The notes: generated from the sequence alone by a model not told the origin. A stretch of DNA of 64,000 bases from a virus (IMGVR_UViG_3300049988_000286:416001-480000), one strand, 5' to 3'; positions 1 to 10,045 are shown, counted from the first letter of the stretch. Numbers and translations are program-made.

Positions 1-89
1 AGGCGAGCAGTAGTCGCCTTATCGATAATGGTCTGTTCCTCACTCGAAATCGGGAGACGAACACCAGACGTGATTTCAAAATAGCGCAT
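1..89 (-). CDS. Hypothetical late protein, partial (runs off window start; MRYFEITSGVRLPISSEEQTII...)
   Basis: ATG at 89 lies 4 nt after TAAATA (94-99, minus); frame is open to the window edge. Confidence 0.6.
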   Translation of the reverse strand, partial: MRYFEITSGVRLPISSEEQTIIDKATTAR

Positions 90-92
90 CGA

Positions 93-281
93 TTATTTAG
101 AGAGTTCGTGGAGTCGAGCGAAGCACTCTGCCAAGCATTCTATATCGTCTTCATCGATAAGACCATATTTCCCGTCCACGGAAATTCCCAACATATTGAG
201 CGGTCCGTTAGGATTCTTGATCATTCCTTCTTTACCGTTTTTCAGCTTGACGGTATCGCCGATCTGATAGCTCTCATCCAT
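93..281 (-). CDS. Small KOW/SH3-like hypothetical protein (start could be 425)
   Basis: ORF track 93..425; segment YQIGDTVKLKNGKEGMI is KOW-like. Confidence 0.5.
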   Translation of the reverse strand: MDESYQIGDTVKLKNGKEGMIKNPNGPLNMLGISVDGKYGLIDEDDIECLAECFARLHELSK

Positions 282-408
282 GGCTTCGCCACGATTCTTG
301 TACTTGCCGTTGCGGCTCCACTGATCGCGCTGATCCTCGCGTTCCTCTGTGGACTTCGCGCGCTTCGGTTTGAACGCCCCGTTGGTGCGAAGCTGATAGG
401 CGGCTAAA

Positions 409-552
409 TTACGCTTCTTCATCACTCTTCCTCAAGGTCAAACGATTGTTGAACACCGGTCGAGGTGTCTCGTCCTCGTGGATGCGCTCAACAATGGGGC
501 CAGAACGACGCCACAGCTTTGTTTTGCTCTTACAGGGGGGCAGCTTACTCAT
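409..552 (-). CDS. 47-aa hypothetical late protein (MSKLPPCKSK...)
   Basis: Manually translated; ATG 4 nt after TAAATA (557-562). Confidence 0.4.
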   Translation of the reverse strand: MSKLPPCKSKTKLWRRSGPIVERIHEDETPRPVFNNRLTLRKSDEEA

Positions 553-555
553 CGT

Positions 556-1404
556 CTATTTAGCGCGTTTGCGCACCTTCCCCAGAGGCTTTACCAATGG
601 GGCAATATCGGCGCTCGTTGTGGCGATCGGAGCAGCGTCACCGCCACCACCATCATCCTCTACAATCTTCTTGCCCGCCCATAGCCCTACCGCACCCCCG
701 GCGGCAAGCGCGGCCACCTTGGCGAGCGTAGACAAGCCGCGAGGTTGCGACCGCGTGGGTGAACCCGCCATGGAACCACATCCTTCACCAGTCTCGGGAT
801 CGCACACGTCGGCGAGTTCGAAATGGTGGTGCTTCGCCAGCGCGGATAGCTGACCAAAGACATCGCTCTGCATCGAGCGGGCACGCATCAACTGCAAGAG
901 CCGCGTTACCGAAAGCTGTTTCTCACGACGCGTCAATTTAGGCCAGTCGAGAACAAGGCGGCGAATCGCTTTCAACGACGTGTCCTTGATCCGAAACTGA
1001 TAGTCGATCATTGTAAAGAGACGACGCGCGGCGCTCTCTTGCGCGCTCGTGCCATGGGCGAGTGCATTCAACCATGAGCGCACCTTAGGCTCATCGAGGT
1101 AGAGGTCGTGAAGATGCTCCGCGCTCGCGTCAGGGAGGCGAAATTCGACGCCATCGGTGAGCAGTGCGTGCATGAGGAGGTAGAGATCGGTCGCGGTGCT
1201 TGACCACTGGTCAAAGTGACCGCCTCGAATTGTCTTGGCGGCATAGTCATGCGCCCACCGGTATGAGGTAGCCTCACCAGCGAGAATGCGAAGTGCAAGA
1301 AGATGCATGTAGGCGAGTTCCGATACCTGCTTCGAGGTGAAGCGACGGTATGCAGTTTTACTCGGCAGCATTTTGCTCTCTGCGAGACTGGTGATCACCT
1401 TCAT
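556..1404 (-). CDS. Hypothetical protein, probable virion/head protein
   Basis: 282-aa ORF coupled to the upstream gene; N-terminus MKVITSLAE resembles the capsid-targeting peptide. Confidence 0.7.
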   Translation of the reverse strand: MKVITSLAESKMLPSKTAYRRFTSKQVSELAYMHLLALRILAGEATSYRWAHDYAAKTIRGGHFDQWSSTATDLYLLMHALLTDGVEFRLPDASAEHLHDLYLDEPKVRSWLNALAHGTSAQESAARRLFTMIDYQFRIKDTSLKAIRRLVLDWPKLTRREKQLSVTRLLQLMRARSMQSDVFGQLSALAKHHHFELADVCDPETGEGCGSMAGSPTRSQPRGLSTLAKVAALAAGGAVGLWAGKKIVEDDGGGGDAAPIATTSADIAPLVKPLGKVRKRAK

Positions 1405-2615
1405 GCCGCCTCTCCCTCATCGGCAGCGGGCTGCCCACCAGCAAGTTTCTCCTTGCGCCGGAGGCCTTCGAACCGAAGGAGAACGAGCATGATTAGACCC
1501 GCCTTTTCAGGGTTTTTGAGAAAGCGGTTCAACTCGGGGGCGACTAGATTCGCGTCACCGCCTTTACGAACGAAATCATAGGCGGCGCGGTAGTAACGCT
1601 CCGGCCACCAATTGTTACCGTTCTGAACTTCCATCATCAAGGCGTGGAAGTTTGGATACGGTTGACGCACGGCAAACTGCATCGCGAGGGCAGTGACGGC
1701 ATTCATCGTCTCGACCTTCATTCGCGACTTGATATCATCCGGCTGGATTGTTTCTTTGTCTGCGGCAATATTCTTGAAATACTGATCGAGTTGAGCGGTA
1801 GCGAATAGAGGGGTCACTTGCGCGATCTGGCGCGCTACCACGGCGACATCGGCAATCTGTTTACGCTCGCTGGGCGGCTGAAGCGGTCCGGTGTTGCCCG
1901 GCTCCTTCGCACCACCATCCACCGCCGCGTCGCTCTCCGGTGCAGCACTGGTCTCTTGCCCATCCTGTGCGGCCATCTGCTGCTTGAGGAGGATTTTCGC
2001 GATACCGGTGAAGAGTTGCTGCATCTGCTCCTTCGAGAGCAGTCCGCCATGAGCGTAGTCGTGCAAGGGCTTCATCGACGGACGCTTGAGCGTCTGCGGT
2101 GCCTTCGCGCCAATGAAGTTCATCCACGAGGACACGTAAGCGGCAATGGCCTGATCCTGCTGCGCCTCCTTCGCGATCCCGTTCGCGAGTTCGCTCACCT
2201 TCGCGTCGAGTGTCTTCGGATTGACGAGTTTGCGAAATGCGTTGGCGATCGTCTTCTGCTTGTCATCAGCGGGACGGGGTGGCTTGTTCACCGTCTCGGC
2301 GGCGGTGCCATAGATGGCACGGAAGGCCTGATCCTCGTCCATGGTGATGCCGATCGAGGTGCGGAAGAATTCTACCACCCCGGATACCGTGGGTCGGGCT
2401 TGCTGTTGCGCGGCGAAATACTTCCACTCGTCCATGACCTCTCTCGCCGTTGCGGCAAGGTCATAGCGACCCGCTGCGGAATGGCTCCCGAGGTCGGCGA
2501 GCATGTCGTTGCCGAATTGCTTCAAGGCGTGCTTGGTGCGATCTTTGGCACTGCTGGCTACGCCCTTGAGGAAAGAGGCGATGTCCTCGTTGAGCATTTG
2601 TTCAAAGGTATCCAC
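1401..2615 (-). CDS. Probable head-internal protein (GTG start, MDTFEQMLNE)
   Basis: SD-like AAGGGGG before GTG at 2615, directly after the upstream stop; N-terminus resembles T4 IPIII MKTYQEFIAE. Confidence 0.65.
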   Translation of the reverse strand: MDTFEQMLNEDIASFLKGVASSAKDRTKHALKQFGNDMLADLGSHSAAGRYDLAATAREVMDEWKYFAAQQQARPTVSGVVEFFRTSIGITMDEDQAFRAIYGTAAETVNKPPRPADDKQKTIANAFRKLVNPKTLDAKVSELANGIAKEAQQDQAIAAYVSSWMNFIGAKAPQTLKRPSMKPLHDYAHGGLLSKEQMQQLFTGIAKILLKQQMAAQDGQETSAAPESDAAVDGGAKEPGNTGPLQPPSERKQIADVAVVARQIAQVTPLFATAQLDQYFKNIAADKETIQPDDIKSRMKVETMNAVTALAMQFAVRQPYPNFHALMMEVQNGNNWWPERYYRAAYDFVRKGGDANLVAPELNRFLKNPEKAGLIMLVLLRFEGLRRKEKLAGGQPAADEGEAA

Positions 2616-2616
2616 C

Positions 2617-2865
2617 TTAATCCCCCTTCTTCTTCGTGGCCTTGACGCCGCGCTTAAATTTTTCAGCATCACCGGTACGAATACCATTGATCAGACGCTT
2701 GCATAGATCGGTAGCCACCTCTTCGGGGTAACTCTCACGAAGCAGCTTCATGAGATTTACCACCGAGGCGATACATTGCTCCCCGCGATGCTCAATGAAC
2801 GCGCTCTTGTCCCGGATCGGTGAATGTGAAAGTTCGTCTAAAAGACTGGTGAATTTACGATCCAT
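2617..2865 (-). CDS. Hypothetical protein (82 aa)
   Basis: Tightly packed ORF in a late operon. Confidence 0.7.
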   Translation of the reverse strand: MDRKFTSLLDELSHSPIRDKSAFIEHRGEQCIASVVNLMKLLRESYPEEVATDLCKRLINGIRTGDAEKFKRGVKATKKKGD

Positions 2866-3124
2866 GGTTCTCGCTCATTTGACGCTTGATGTTCTCCAGC
2901 ATGGTAGCTGCCATTTCTAGACCTTGTTCGAACCCCAAGGAGTAATCACCCCCGGTGGGATCAAGATGGGATCGTAGCTTGAAAATGGCGTTGGTGAGCG
3001 CGGCCCCGACATCAAAGTCCTCTACCACCTCTTCGATAATGACAGGGGCGGGCTCCGCCTCTGCATCCTCCATGAGGTCGAGATAATGTCTGATAATCGA
3101 GTTGTAATCCACGCACACCACCAT
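2855..3124 (-). CDS. Hypothetical acidic protein (89 aa)
   Basis: ORF downstream of TAAATA at 3135-3140. Confidence 0.65.
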   Translation of the reverse strand: MVVCVDYNSIIRHYLDLMEDAEAEPAPVIIEEVVEDFDVGAALTNAIFKLRSHLDPTGGDYSLGFEQGLEMAATMLENIKRQMSENHGS

Positions 3125-3150
3125 GAAATTCTTCTATTTAGTCGTTTTGA

Positions 3151-4557
3151 TTAGGTGGGCTTCTTGAACTTGGCCAGCATGTCGTTGATGTCATTGCGAT
3201 GGTTGGCACCAGCCGTGGGCGGGGGAGCCGCCGTCTGCGCAGCGGAGTGTCCCGCCGCCGCTGATGCGCTATTATCAACGGGATCGCTGCTATCGTATTC
3301 CTCTTCTACGATGTCGGACAATCGCATACAGTTGAAGTCGTAGCCGAGATCAAGTTTCTGCCCCACGGCGGCAGCCGATCGGGTCTTCAAGAACTGGATT
3401 TGATAGCGCCCCTTTTCCCGCATCGTCAGCGAAGTAAAGATACCGAAGACGTTATCCGCCGTGTTGATCTTGGAAATACCACCCGCGATATGGCTGTGAT
3501 CAAACTCGGTTGCCTCTACTGACTGGCGATTAAGCTGCGACGCGGAGACCACCGGGATATCCCACTCACCCCCGATCGCGCGCATCTCTTCCGAGACATA
3601 CTTGTCCTTAGTGAACAAATTGGAGACATCGATCTTGGCATTGTTGGGGAACATCAGGTCGAGGTAGTCAATCACCACCGCGTCGGGGCGACGGCCCGTC
3701 TTGATCTGATACTCTTTTAGGTAAGCCTTGATCGCGTTCGCGTTCGTCCCTGCCTCCGGCATCTTCTTGACCATCAGGTCACCGGCTCGCTGGCCATTGA
3801 CGCCGCGCTGAACCTTCGCAACCTTGAGACAAACATCGCTCGCGTTGCGGAGCAACTCGCTCGTCTTGAACTGTGTCACCATCGCGTCAAGGCGATTATT
3901 TACCAAGTCTTCGGAAAGTTCGAGCGAGATATAGACGACGTTCATGCCCATCAGTGCCCAGTTGAGCGCGATGTTCTGCAAGAAGATCGACTTACCCGAG
4001 CCCGAGCCGCCCGCGAAAACATTAAGGGAGCCGCGTGTGAAACCACCACCAAGTCGGCGATCCATCGTGGTCCAGCCGGTCGAGACATAGTTGGAGCGAT
4101 CCTTCATCCGCTCCAATCGACCCTTCACATCATCGAAGTAGTTGGAGCCCAGATCGCTGATCAGGGAGATGGTCATCGCTTCCTTGATCATCCGCTCAAG
4201 GTCGCCGCCCTGTCCCTTCGCGAGGATATCAGGACCGGATAGAACGACGTTCTCGATTGCGCGGTGGCGACAGAAACCCTCCGTGGAATGGAGGAACCAG
4301 TCCACATGCTCGGCAGAGATGTCGGGGATCACCGCAACCTCAAAGCCGGTCATCGCCTTCACCTGCTGGGGCGAGGGGATGGCCTTGAACTGGTCGGTAT
4401 GTTCCTTGATCATTCGCACGACGGGGCGGAGATTGTCTGCGAAGTAGGCATCATCAATGATGTTCTGAACGCGGGTATAACTGGTCTGATCGCTCACCAT
4501 GAAGTTGATCAGCGTCGATTGAAAGTCACTTGTATTATATAGAGTAGTATCTTGCAA
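3151..4557 (-). CDS. Replicative DNA helicase, DnaB/T4 gp41-like
   Basis: Walker A GGSGSGKS, Walker B VVIDYLDL, SASQLNR and KTRS motifs; next to primase. Confidence 0.93.
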   Translation of the reverse strand: MQDTTLYNTSDFQSTLINFMVSDQTSYTRVQNIIDDAYFADNLRPVVRMIKEHTDQFKAIPSPQQVKAMTGFEVAVIPDISAEHVDWFLHSTEGFCRHRAIENVVLSGPDILAKGQGGDLERMIKEAMTISLISDLGSNYFDDVKGRLERMKDRSNYVSTGWTTMDRRLGGGFTRGSLNVFAGGSGSGKSIFLQNIALNWALMGMNVVYISLELSEDLVNNRLDAMVTQFKTSELLRNASDVCLKVAKVQRGVNGQRAGDLMVKKMPEAGTNANAIKAYLKEYQIKTGRRPDAVVIDYLDLMFPNNAKIDVSNLFTKDKYVSEEMRAIGGEWDIPVVSASQLNRQSVEATEFDHSHIAGGISKINTADNVFGIFTSLTMREKGRYQIQFLKTRSAAAVGQKLDLGYDFNCMRLSDIVEEEYDSSDPVDNSASAAAGHSAAQTAAPPPTAGANHRNDINDMLAKFKKPT

Positions 4558-4569
4558 AATAATAACCTC

Positions 4570-5637
4570 TCATATTAGCCATTTACGACGAACCTCGATC
4601 TCCAATCTACTCGCCGACGCAGTTTCGATAATAGAGCGCAGCGTATATAGACGCCCATATCTCTTTACCGCTTCCGCGCAGTCCTTGCAGTCTTCCTCCC
4701 ACCAGTTGTTCCCACCTCGCGACAAGCGCGGGAAGGCGACGTGCCATCCATGCTCAAGAGCAGAATCAATCAGGCGTTGGCCAGATTTATCCCGGTCGGG
4801 GATGACGATTACCGTCTTTCCCGAATCCTTGATCCATCTCGCCTGACGGGGAGATAGTTTAGCACCGAGAGGTGAAATACCATCGACCGCATCAGCGTCG
4901 AGGACACCTTCTGGCATGAGGAGGAAGCGACGATCACGGAGGTCCATTACTCGGTTGTTGTACAGGAAGTCGGTCGGAACCTGCGACATGTACTTGGGTT
5001 CAGCCTCGGTTGCTTCGTGGATGAAGCGCCCAGTCCACCCCACGACACTATCGCGGAAGTGGAACGGGATGATCATTCGCTGACGCCATTCCGGTTCGGG
5101 GGTCCACATCGCCTTGTCAGCGATGCCTTGACCACGATCGAGCGCGTATCCCACCACAGCGATGAAGTCGGGATCGTCACACCCGGCGTCCGCCCAATCC
5201 ATCAGGGGAAGGGTATCCGGCGGGAGCGACACCGGCGGGAAAGCCGGGGCAAAGGCGGCTTCCCCGCGATACTGGGGCTCCGTATTGCTGTCCTCGACTA
5301 CTCGCGACAACATGAAGGCTTTGTGATTTAGCCGACTGACCTCAAGGTCAGGCATACCCAATGCTCGCATGAAGTTCTTGAAGTTGTTCGAGAGAAGCTG
5401 GCCGGGCACATAGCGGCTCGCGAAGCCGCAGTTGAAGCATGAGATGCCCAACCCTTCGCTCGACCGCTTCGCGCCGCCACGATTCTTTTTGTCCATTGTC
5501 TCGCCACGAGTGACGCACATCGGACAGTTGAACTTGAGAAAGTCGGTGTTGGAGCGACGAGAACCCGTAGGCAGATAGGAGACAACTGCGTCCCAGACGA
5601 AATCGTCGTTGAGTAGTTTTGAGACGAAGGGGTTCAT
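4570..5637 (-). CDS. DNA primase, T4 gp61-like
   Basis: Zn finger CPMC...CFNC; TOPRIM motifs MPEGVLDA and PDRDKSG. Confidence 0.9.
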   Translation of the reverse strand: MNPFVSKLLNDDFVWDAVVSYLPTGSRRSNTDFLKFNCPMCVTRGETMDKKNRGGAKRSSEGLGISCFNCGFASRYVPGQLLSNNFKNFMRALGMPDLEVSRLNHKAFMLSRVVEDSNTEPQYRGEAAFAPAFPPVSLPPDTLPLMDWADAGCDDPDFIAVVGYALDRGQGIADKAMWTPEPEWRQRMIIPFHFRDSVVGWTGRFIHEATEAEPKYMSQVPTDFLYNNRVMDLRDRRFLLMPEGVLDADAVDGISPLGAKLSPRQARWIKDSGKTVIVIPDRDKSGQRLIDSALEHGWHVAFPRLSRGGNNWWEEDCKDCAEAVKRYGRLYTLRSIIETASASRLEIEVRRKWLI

Positions 5638-5669
5638 CTCATGACTATAGCGAGTCTAGTCGATTCGCT

Positions 5670-6434
5670 TCAATTTCTATAAACGAGTTTTTCCACCCCA
5701 TCGACATCAGTGAAGCGAAAGCGCACGTAGGTGTAATTACCATCAAAGTTCAACACGACGGGTCCGGTGCGCGTAGAGAGAGTTTCGCGCGCGACCTCGG
5801 CCCAATCCTGCGAGGTGGGCGTTGAGAGATCAAGGCTGGCCTCGACGATGATATCGCCGGTGTAGGCGAGCAGATGTGCCACCAATGTGTGATTACCAGA
5901 GGGATTGTCGGCACGTGCCGCGCCCGCGAGCGCACCGGTTTGTAGCTGCCCCGCCAAGGGGGTGAGGTCGTCCGCCATGATGATGATAGGCTCATCAGCG
6001 GGAGTGATGATCCCTTCCGAGACCTCGGCGATCCCCTTGGTCTCATAGTCGGTGTTGGTGTAAAGGAGGGCGGGCGTGTCGTTGGTGCTTGAGGAAACCG
6101 ACCACACGTAAATACCTAGTGTCAGTCCGATGGTGGAGGCGGCTGATAGGGTAAGGCGATAATGGCCGCGTGCGGCGTTGACGACAGCGAGGGGCTGCTC
6201 CACCAACGAATTACCCTTGCTGTCCCACAGGTGGAAGGTCAACACGCCATCGAGAACGACTGGCTGGCGGTCAATATCACGAAGGAGGAAGTCCAGATTA
6301 TTGGCAGCGCGACGGAAGATTTTGAAAGTCGAGCGATTGTAGGCAGAATGCGTGATCATCTTGGCTCCCGAATGCACGCCAGCGACGGTCAATTGTGCGA
6401 CTTGAGGGACCGAGTAGATACTAATGGCTGACAT
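5670..6434 (-). CDS. Late hypothetical protein, beta-rich, probably structural
   Basis: 254-aa ORF; ATG 5 nt after TAAATA (6440-6445). Confidence 0.7.
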   Translation of the reverse strand: MSAISIYSVPQVAQLTVAGVHSGAKMITHSAYNRSTFKIFRRAANNLDFLLRDIDRQPVVLDGVLTFHLWDSKGNSLVEQPLAVVNAARGHYRLTLSAASTIGLTLGIYVWSVSSSTNDTPALLYTNTDYETKGIAEVSEGIITPADEPIIIMADDLTPLAGQLQTGALAGAARADNPSGNHTLVAHLLAYTGDIIVEASLDLSTPTSQDWAEVARETLSTRTGPVVLNFDGNYTYVRFRFTDVDGVEKLVYRN

Positions 6435-6471
6435 ACGACTATTTAGCCGAAATCACCTTACTAAATAGCCT

Positions 6472-6867
6472 GTGACCACTTCACCACATCTTGACGCTCG
6501 TATGCTCGCCGTCCTTGAGAAATTCCCTTTCTTGAGCCTCGGCGTCATGCAGGACACCCCCTATCTGGGCATTGTGCAGAATTGCGACAACCAGTTCACG
6601 TCCATCTACATCCTCGATCTCATCCCGGATGAGAATGCGCGCCGCGTCTTCCTCGAACTCGGTGATCGTTGGTGGTGGGAGTCGAACCGCAAAATTCCGA
6701 TCAACGTCTTCATCAAGGATCAGCGCTTCAAGCAATTCCGCTCGGCACTGCGCATGTTCTCGACCAAGGATTGTGAGATCGTCGCTGGTCCGCGTGTTTC
6801 ACTCGCGGAGACGATGAACCGTCGTATCCGCAAGCGTCAGGTCACGCTTGTTCGCAAGATGGACTGA
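6472..6867 (+). CDS. Late hypothetical protein (131 aa)
   Basis: GTG 4 nt after TAAATA (6462-6467); divergent from the previous gene. Confidence 0.75.
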   Translation: MTTSPHLDARMLAVLEKFPFLSLGVMQDTPYLGIVQNCDNQFTSIYILDLIPDENARRVFLELGDRWWWESNRKIPINVFIKDQRFKQFRSALRMFSTKDCEIVAGPRVSLAETMNRRIRKRQVTLVRKMD

Positions 6868-7216
6868 CTATTAGAGCGCTGGCTGGGAACATGAGCGCAA
6901 CGAGGGTGAAGTCTTCTTTACTGACATGGAAGGCGACACTCCGCACTTTGTGCTCCCTTCGGAAGGTGCAATAGAACCCGAAGATACCGCGTAGATCGGC
7001 GCGCTCCCATCCCGAAGAGACTTCTATCTCATTCTCGATCATCCACTTGAGAACATCGAGGAACTCCCCAACTTCGCAATCGAAGGAGAACTCAACCCTC
7101 GATGGTAAAAGCGTCATGTCCGGTCCAGCGCAGTCGGAAAAGTGTAGCATCACCGGGTTCCTTGAAGAAGTATTCGATTCTGACGCCACCCTGTGCGGTG
7201 TAGTCATAGAGGTCAT
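6842..7216 (-). CDS. Hypothetical protein, possible member of the F-x3-D-x3-F-x-L family (true start probably internal)
   Basis: ORF track; C-terminal FHVSKEDFTLVALMF. Confidence 0.5.
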   Translation of the reverse strand: MTSMTTPHRVASESNTSSRNPVMLHFSDCAGPDMTLLPSRVEFSFDCEVGEFLDVLKWMIENEIEVSSGWERADLRGIFGFYCTFRREHKVRSVAFHVSKEDFTLVALMFPASALIVSPSCEQA

Positions 7217-7655
7217 GCTGTCCCTCGATATTATCCCTCACCCACTCCTTCAACGTGGAACTAATAAGCGCATCCCCGCTGCCCCGAATAAGAGTTTCTT
7301 TGACCGCCGTGAACGCTTGCCCAAACCGCATACAGTCGTCTGGGTTAAAGCTAGCGTAGTGTAGCGAACCACTGTCGTAGCTAGCAAAGATATCGTCTTG
7401 ACACATAGCCTCTACCCATGCCTCTAACCCCCTCCGGGACCAGAACGCTCTTTGGACCTGACTTTTCACTACCGACGATCGGGTCAAACTTTCTCCCCAC
7501 GGTGTTCCCGCTGCTGCGATGTGGGCAAAGCAATCGATGAATTGCACACTGTGATAGGGCATCCGGTGATCGATCATGCCGTGTATGCGCGTATCTTGCT
7601 CATGCTGGTGGTGCGTGGTTGAACGCGACTCTGGTAGGTAGATGATCTTGGCCAT
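7092..7655 (-). CDS. Hypothetical protein, F-x3-D-x3-F-x-L family
   Basis: C-terminal YFFKEPGDATLFRLRW. Confidence 0.6.
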   Translation of the reverse strand: MAKIIYLPESRSTTHHQHEQDTRIHGMIDHRMPYHSVQFIDCFAHIAAAGTPWGESLTRSSVVKSQVQRAFWSRRGLEAWVEAMCQDDIFASYDSGSLHYASFNPDDCMRFGQAFTAVKETLIRGSGDALISSTLKEWVRDNIEGQHDLYDYTAQGGVRIEYFFKEPGDATLFRLRWTGHDAFTIEG

Positions 7656-7656
7656 A

Positions 7657-8055
7657 TCAGGTCCGCGTAATGCTCATCAGAAAAAGAGCCGCATCAGTCG
7701 CATCCTCGAACGAGAAACGCAAGTGAAACCGGCTACCAGCGATGGTGGAGATCGACGTGAAGAAGATCGACCAACGCTGCACCGTATGCTCGGCGATCCA
7801 CGCCAGACATGCCGCCATAGTGCTCCTTATGTCACGCGGGAGCACAGAACCGATATCAGCGGTGTTGGGCCAGTCCGCCTTGGTGAACCGTTCGAACCTG
7901 CCTCCGGAGAGCGTTTGTTCGCCTATCCACAACGGGATCACCAGCGTGGCGACCTCTCGTAACGATTCCCGGATCGTCACCATGACATTGGTCGCAGACG
8001 GCTGATGCCACTCGTTAGATTGAGATGCCATCATCGTCCGCGAGGAGTGCCTCAA
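7657..8055 (-). CDS. Hypothetical protein, F-x3-D-x3-F-x-L family
   Basis: C-terminal FSFEDATDAALFLMS. Confidence 0.6.
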   Translation of the reverse strand: MRHSSRTMMASQSNEWHQPSATNVMVTIRESLREVATLVIPLWIGEQTLSGGRFERFTKADWPNTADIGSVLPRDIRSTMAACLAWIAEHTVQRWSIFFTSISTIAGSRFHLRFSFEDATDAALFLMSITRT

Positions 8056-8611
8056 CGATCAGGTTCATCTGCACGACGATCAGGGCCGCGTAGGAAAGAG
8101 CGTGCGCCTTCTTGAACTGATAGCCCTCTTCGATACCCGACGTGTTCCAGATCAATCGGTCGATCTCTGCGCGAGGACGGCCAAGAAGCTGTCGCTTTCC
8201 CGGTCGAATCAACGCCAGCACAACGGCGAGATCGATGATTGATTTTGGCCGGATAGCTTGAACGACATCGAAGTGCTTGTGGATGTGCGGAAGTTGTTCA
8301 ACCATCCCCGCCTCATCGAGCAATTCCCAAGGAGGCGTTCGTGCCAAAAGTTCATCGAGGTGCTCTTCATCCCTCACCGCCTGATAGACAGACTGATTGA
8401 GAAAATCTACCTTGAAGTAACCCCTATCCTCGGCTTCCTCATAATCGAACGCGCACAACTGATTGAGGGGATTGACCGGCACATCTTGGAAGTAGACGCC
8501 ACTTGGATGGCGCGAGGTTGCCCCGTGTTTGTTCGTCAAGGCTGCCGCGACGCAGTGTAGGTTCTGCAACGCAGCATCGCGGTTCGCGAAATCGATATCA
8601 ACGTCAAACAT
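8015..8611 (-). CDS. Minimal DNA polymerase III alpha (DnaE)-like catalytic core
   Basis: DVDIDF, RHPSGVY, YFKVDFL, ALIRPG and FKKAHALSYA are recognisable DnaE motifs within 198 aa. Confidence 0.85.
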   Translation of the reverse strand: MFDVDIDFANRDAALQNLHCVAAALTNKHGATSRHPSGVYFQDVPVNPLNQLCAFDYEEAEDRGYFKVDFLNQSVYQAVRDEEHLDELLARTPPWELLDEAGMVEQLPHIHKHFDVVQAIRPKSIIDLAVVLALIRPGKRQLLGRPRAEIDRLIWNTSGIEEGYQFKKAHALSYAALIVVQMNLIVEALLADDDGISI

Positions 8612-9081
8612 CAGACGATCTTGAACGATGGTGTAGCAACGGGCTCAACTACCGCTGGTAGCGGTCGATCATATTCGACATCATAGCTGCCCGAATAATC
8701 GAATGTCACATTGTTGTCATCGAAGCGGTTGATGCGAAAATGCTCAATCTCGGATTGTGTCCGCTGTTCGAGCACCAGCATAAAAGTCAGGAGGATGAAA
8801 TTCGTAGCCGAGACTTCTGCCTCGTCGGGGTTAACTCGATCCTCTACCGATAGGCGCGACAAGGCATTGAGGCCACGCGTGATCAGCACCCGGTAATGGT
8901 TGGGCGACAGTTCCGACCAGCGCGTGTAGCCGCGAAACTCGGCCAAGGTCTGGAGATTATCCAGCCGGGGATCGGGCTTGTCCCAGATGGCCATTACCTT
9001 GGCGATGTCGGAACGATCATAGGAGATCGTTGACTTCACGTTAGCGGCATAATCGTTTAGGATGACGGTGATCTTATTCAT
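8611..9081 (-). CDS. Hypothetical protein (156 aa)
   Basis: Translationally coupled ORF. Confidence 0.7.
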   Translation of the reverse strand: MNKITVILNDYAANVKSTISYDRSDIAKVMAIWDKPDPRLDNLQTLAEFRGYTRWSELSPNHYRVLITRGLNALSRLSVEDRVNPDEAEVSATNFILLTFMLVLEQRTQSEIEHFRINRFDDNNVTFDYSGSYDVEYDRPLPAVVEPVATPSFKIV

Positions 9082-9341
9082 CGTAGTCGCGCCTCAATCT
9101 TCTTGAGCGCGGCGGCGGTCCGCCGGGACTGTGCCTCCATGCGCTCGATCATGGCATCCCTTGTAGTCGCTTCTGCACGCAAGGCCAATATTTCTCGTTC
9201 AAGTTTAGCCACGTAGGACATCAGTGGTAAGTCCTGAACCACTCCAGTCGAATCTGTGATCTTCACATATCGACGATCTATCGAGACTGTCTTGGTGGTA
9301 TTTGCGCCGCGATACATACCACGACCGACTACATCATTCAT
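9078..9341 (-). CDS. Hypothetical coiled-coil protein (87 aa)
   Basis: Coupled ORF with 4-nt overlaps on both sides. Confidence 0.7.
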   Translation of the reverse strand: MNDVVGRGMYRGANTTKTVSIDRRYVKITDSTGVVQDLPLMSYVAKLEREILALRAEATTRDAMIERMEAQSRRTAAALKKIEARLR

Positions 9342-10045
9342 AATCCTTCACTTTCCAATGTTGATTGTATATCAGCGACCGCCTCCGTGTGACGAGAGAA
9401 CTTACCGTTCCAGAACCGCACGTTGATCGCTGGTTTGATCAAGGTCATCTGCTCATCCGTCAAGCGACCCAAGAGGGCTTGTCCGGTTGAGCAGTTAAGC
9501 ATCACCCACGGTGAGATACGACCAGAAATCAGCCACCTGACTGCCAAGCCCGGAGAAACCTCTCGGAAGAAGTCCTGCCACCGTGCCTTCTGACTAACCG
9601 CCCATTCTTCCATGAGGATGATCGAGCGTTCGAAAGCGCGGTCTGGGCTTTCCTTGGCGGTCAGGTTGGCGACGTATTTCTCATACTCGGCATCGCGGCA
9701 CCACCGGTCGATTGGAATGCCACTTCGCACCATATAATCGATATAGGATCGAGGATCGATCGCATCGATGTCGAGGATATACTTACCGAAGTCGAGGAAG
9801 GCATCGTAGAGCGTGCTTTGCATGAACTTGTCATGGGTTGGCGGGATACGGCCCCGATAGTGCACCTCGTGGAAGTGGACAAAGGCATGAAGGGCTAGAC
9901 GCGCCGCCTTGGTATCTTTTTCGAAGAAACGACGCTTCTGCCGACAGACATGCGCGGCGAAGGCTTTCTCACGCTTGAAGACCTTTGCACAGAATGTGCA
10001 AGTGAATTCAGTCGGCGAAGAGTTTGGTGACACGTTTGACTTCAT
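9338..10045 (-). CDS. Hypothetical protein with N-terminal C2H2-like zinc finger
   Basis: CTFCAKVFKREKAFAAHVC. Confidence 0.75.
   Translation of the reverse strand: MKSNVSPNSSPTEFTCTFCAKVFKREKAFAAHVCRQKRRFFEKDTKAARLALHAFVHFHEVHYRGRIPPTHDKFMQSTLYDAFLDFGKYILDIDAIDPRSYIDYMVRSGIPIDRWCRDAEYEKYVANLTAKESPDRAFERSIILMEEWAVSQKARWQDFFREVSPGLAVRWLISGRISPWVMLNCSTGQALLGRLTDEQMTLIKPAINVRFWNGKFSRHTEAVADIQSTLESEGL

Noticed and set aside
1818-2645. Long antisense ORFs (also 17840..18556, 21423..22205, 22832..23695, 40168..41232, 41497..42279, 48701..49462, 56104..56868)
   Set aside because: They are shadow frames of well-supported opposite-strand genes, expected with high-GC codon bias, and carry no recognisable motifs.
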